64,000 nt of DNA from Myxococcales bacterium (GTDB lineage: Bacteria > Myxococcota_A > Polyangia > Polyangiales > DASUME01), in contig JASGJH010000001.1 of the NCBI GenBank assembly GCA_047601445.1, forward strand, positions 8,640,001-8,704,000. The letters are read 5' to 3'. The position numbers and the translations under genes are program-made. Shown here piece after piece: positions 61,931 through 64,000 of the stretch (the stretch's first letter is position 1; each line of letters starts with the position of its first letter). The notes beneath the pieces were generated by a model. It ran no database searches. It worked only from the letters and a program-made list of their open reading frames with translations, and was not told the origin of the DNA.

Positions 61931-62863
61931 ATGAATGAAACTGGAATGGCCCTCGGCAACGAGGTCGCGTTGGGCAACCTGCCCATCGGCGTGCAGCACT
62001 TCATCAAGGCCGGCTGTCACTTCGGGCACCAGACCAAGCGTTGGAACCCCCGCATGCGCCCGTTCATCTACGGCGCGCGCAACGGCATCCACATCATCGA
62101 CCTCGACCAGACCGCGCAGCTCTTCCGCCGCGCCTACAACTTCGTGCTCGAGGCCGTCGGTCGCGGTGGTCACGTGCTCTTCGTGGGCACCAAGCGCCAG
62201 GCCCAGGACATCATCCAGGAAGAGGCCGCGCGCGCGGGTCAGTTCTTCGTGAACGACCGCTGGCTGGGCGGCACGCTCACCAACTTCCGCACCATCAAGA
62301 CCGGCATCGAGCGTCTCCGTGGCCTCGAGCGCATGATCGAAGACGGCACGATGGACGGCCTGCCCAAGAAGGAAGCCCTCATGCTCAACCGCGAGCGTGA
62401 GAAGCTGGAGAAGTTCCTGGGCGGCATCAAGGCCATGAACGGCCTGCCCGCCGCCATCTTCGTGGTCGATCCGCACCACGAGCACATCGCCGTGCGCGAG
62501 GGCCGCCGGCTGAACATCCCGATCGTCGCCATCACGGACACCAACTGCGATCCCGATCAGATCGACTTCGTGATCCCGGCCAACGACGACGCGATTCGCT
62601 CCGTCAAGCTCATCACCTCGCGCATCGCTGACGCGGCCATCGAAGGCACGCAGCGTCGTCGCGAGTTCCGCAGCGAAGGCCAGGGCCAGAGCCAGCGTCC
62701 CGAAGGCGGCGCGGTGGCCGTGGAGTTCTCGCGTGGTCGTCGTGGTGGCCAGGGCGGCGGCCAGGGTGGTCGCGGTGGACGTCGCGGTGGCTCCAATGCC
62801 CCCACCGAGTCCACGGAGTCCGAGGCACCCGCCGGCGAGACCCCCGAGGCCGAGCAGGAATAA
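61931..62863 (+). CDS. rpsB: 30S ribosomal protein S2
   Basis: [39 protein letters not shown]. Confidence 0.97.
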   Translation: MNETGMALGNEVALGNLPIGVQHFIKAGCHFGHQTKRWNPRMRPFIYGARNGIHIIDLDQTAQLFRRAYNFVLEAVGRGGHVLFVGTKRQAQDIIQEEAARAGQFFVNDRWLGGTLTNFRTIKTGIERLRGLERMIEDGTMDGLPKKEALMLNREREKLEKFLGGIKAMNGLPAAIFVVDPHHEHIAVREGRRLNIPIVAITDTNCDPDQIDFVIPANDDAIRSVKLITSRIADAAIEGTQRRREFRSEGQGQSQRPEGGAVAVEFSRGRRGGQGGGQGGRGGRRGGSNAPTESTESEAPAGETPEAEQE

Positions 62864-62919
62864 CTCCACAGTTTTGATTCAAACCGCGCGCCCGCGCGTG
62901 AGCACGAGAGGGTATCTCC

Positions 62920-63594
62920 ATGGCGATTACGGCCCAACAGGTTAAGGCCCTGCGCGACCGCACTGGCGCAGGCATGATGGATTGCAAGAACGCTCTGGAA
63001 GAGGTCGGCGGCGACGAAGAAAAGGCCGTGGACCTGATCCAGAAGAAGGGTCTCGCCAAGGTCGCGAAGAAGGCGGGAGCCATCGCGGCCGAGGGCGTCA
63101 TCCACGCCTACATCCATGCGGGTAGCCGCATCGGCGTGTTGGTGGAGGTTAACTGTCAGACCGATTTCGTCGCGCGCAGCCCCGAGTTCCTCGAGCTGGT
63201 GAACGGCGTCGGCCTGCAGATCGCCTCCATGACCCCGCAGTTCGTGCGTCGCTCGGACATCACGGCGGACGCGCTTCAGAAGCAGAAGGAGATCTTCCTC
63301 GGCCAGATGGACGAGGAGGAGGCCAACACTGGCAAGAAGCGTCCGGCCGAGGTGAAGGAAAAGATCGTGCTCGGCAAGCTCGACAAGTGGCAGTCCGAGA
63401 TCTGCCTCGACGAGCAGCCCGCGGTGATCAGCGAGGAGGGCAAGACCATCGCCCAACTCGCCGAGGAGCTGTCGGCCAAGATCGGCGAGAAGATCGCGGT
63501 GCGCCGTTTCGTGCGCTACGAGCTCGGCGAGGGCATCGAGAAGAAGAAGACCGATTTCGCGGCCGAGATCGCCGAGACCCTCAAGGGCGCCTGA
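62920..63594 (+). CDS. tsf: Elongation factor Ts (short form)
   Basis: LRDRTGAGMMDCK, EVNCQTDFVA, RRFVRYELGEG. Confidence 0.97.
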   Translation: MAITAQQVKALRDRTGAGMMDCKNALEEVGGDEEKAVDLIQKKGLAKVAKKAGAIAAEGVIHAYIHAGSRIGVLVEVNCQTDFVARSPEFLELVNGVGLQIASMTPQFVRRSDITADALQKQKEIFLGQMDEEEANTGKKRPAEVKEKIVLGKLDKWQSEICLDEQPAVISEEGKTIAQLAEELSAKIGEKIAVRRFVRYELGEGIEKKKTDFAAEIAETLKGA

Positions 63595-63648
63595 CGTCAG
63601 TTCGTTCGTCAGGCGTCTGGGGTGCGTACATCGCGCCCTGAGAATCGG

Positions 63649-63685
63649 AAACCCCGGGCGCTGCATGCGGCCGGGGTTTTTGTTT
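63649..63685 (+). terminator. Intrinsic terminator after tsf
   Basis: AAACCCCGG..CCGGGGTTTTTGTTT. Confidence 0.7.
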
Positions 63686-63746
63686 GTTAGTGTTGCTCGC
63701 GGTCGCGGCGAGCGGGCCCAGGGCGTAAGCCCACGAGGAGAACGAC

Positions 63747-64000
63747 ATGGAAACGAGTTCGACGCTCAAACACACTCGGATTCTGCTCAAGCTCTCCGGC
63801 GAGGCTCTCTGTGGCAGCATTGGCGGCTTCGGAATCGACCCGGACACGCTGCGCGAGATCTGCAGCGAGCTCGCGGAGGTTCACGCGCTCGGAGCACAGC
63901 TCGGCCTGGTCATCGGAGGTGGCAACATCTTCCGCGGGCTCAAGGGCAGCGCCCAGGGCATGGACCGCACTTCGGCGGACTACATGGGCATGCTGGCCAC
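63747..64000 (+). CDS. pyrH: UMP kinase (truncated by the window end)
   Basis: Manual translation gives [29 protein letters not shown]; follows tsf; GAGGAG RBS. Confidence 0.95.
   Translation, partial: METSSTLKHTRILLKLSGEALCGSIGGFGIDPDTLREICSELAEVHALGAQLGLVIGGGNIFRGLKGSAQGMDRTSADYMGMLA

Noticed and set aside
62920..63594. tsf appears truncated relative to E. coli
   Set aside because: Short EF-Ts forms are established and both termini are intact

Overview
GC-rich bacterial chromosomal segment, most likely Myxococcota (Polyangiales-like). This placement is inferred from the Cys-rich (Gly-Asp)n lipoproteins, a GltJ/AgmX-like ZnR-GYF protein, DUF4388 and several sigma54 boxes. About 50 genes are present. 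Housekeeping genes: tesB, fabH, large-type purL, two DEAD-box helicases, recCBD, type II glnA, ilvE, yacG, two-domain ppk2/pap, and rpsB-tsf-pyrH (truncated at the window end). Also present are a fused GH13+GH133 glycogen debranching enzyme, three glycosyltransferases, orphan signalling proteins and many secreted Cys-rich lipoproteins. No rRNA, tRNA, CRISPR array, transposase, integrase or phage gene was recognised. Main points of interest: (1) two neighbouring genes are each broken by the same AGATC->AGAATC single-base insertion, either a methylation-linked sequencing artefact or pseudogenes; (2) four unrelated lipoproteins share a codon-diversified (GD)n stalk; (3) a FadL-like barrel plus lipoprotein operon shares a candidate operator with a MerR-family regulator; (4) a tandem pair of orphan REC-LuxR paralogues each has a sigma54 promoter; (5) a lipase-fold protein has Gly in place of the nucleophile Ser; (6) a 26-bp tandem array. 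All calls come from motif recognition by eye; no database searches were run.
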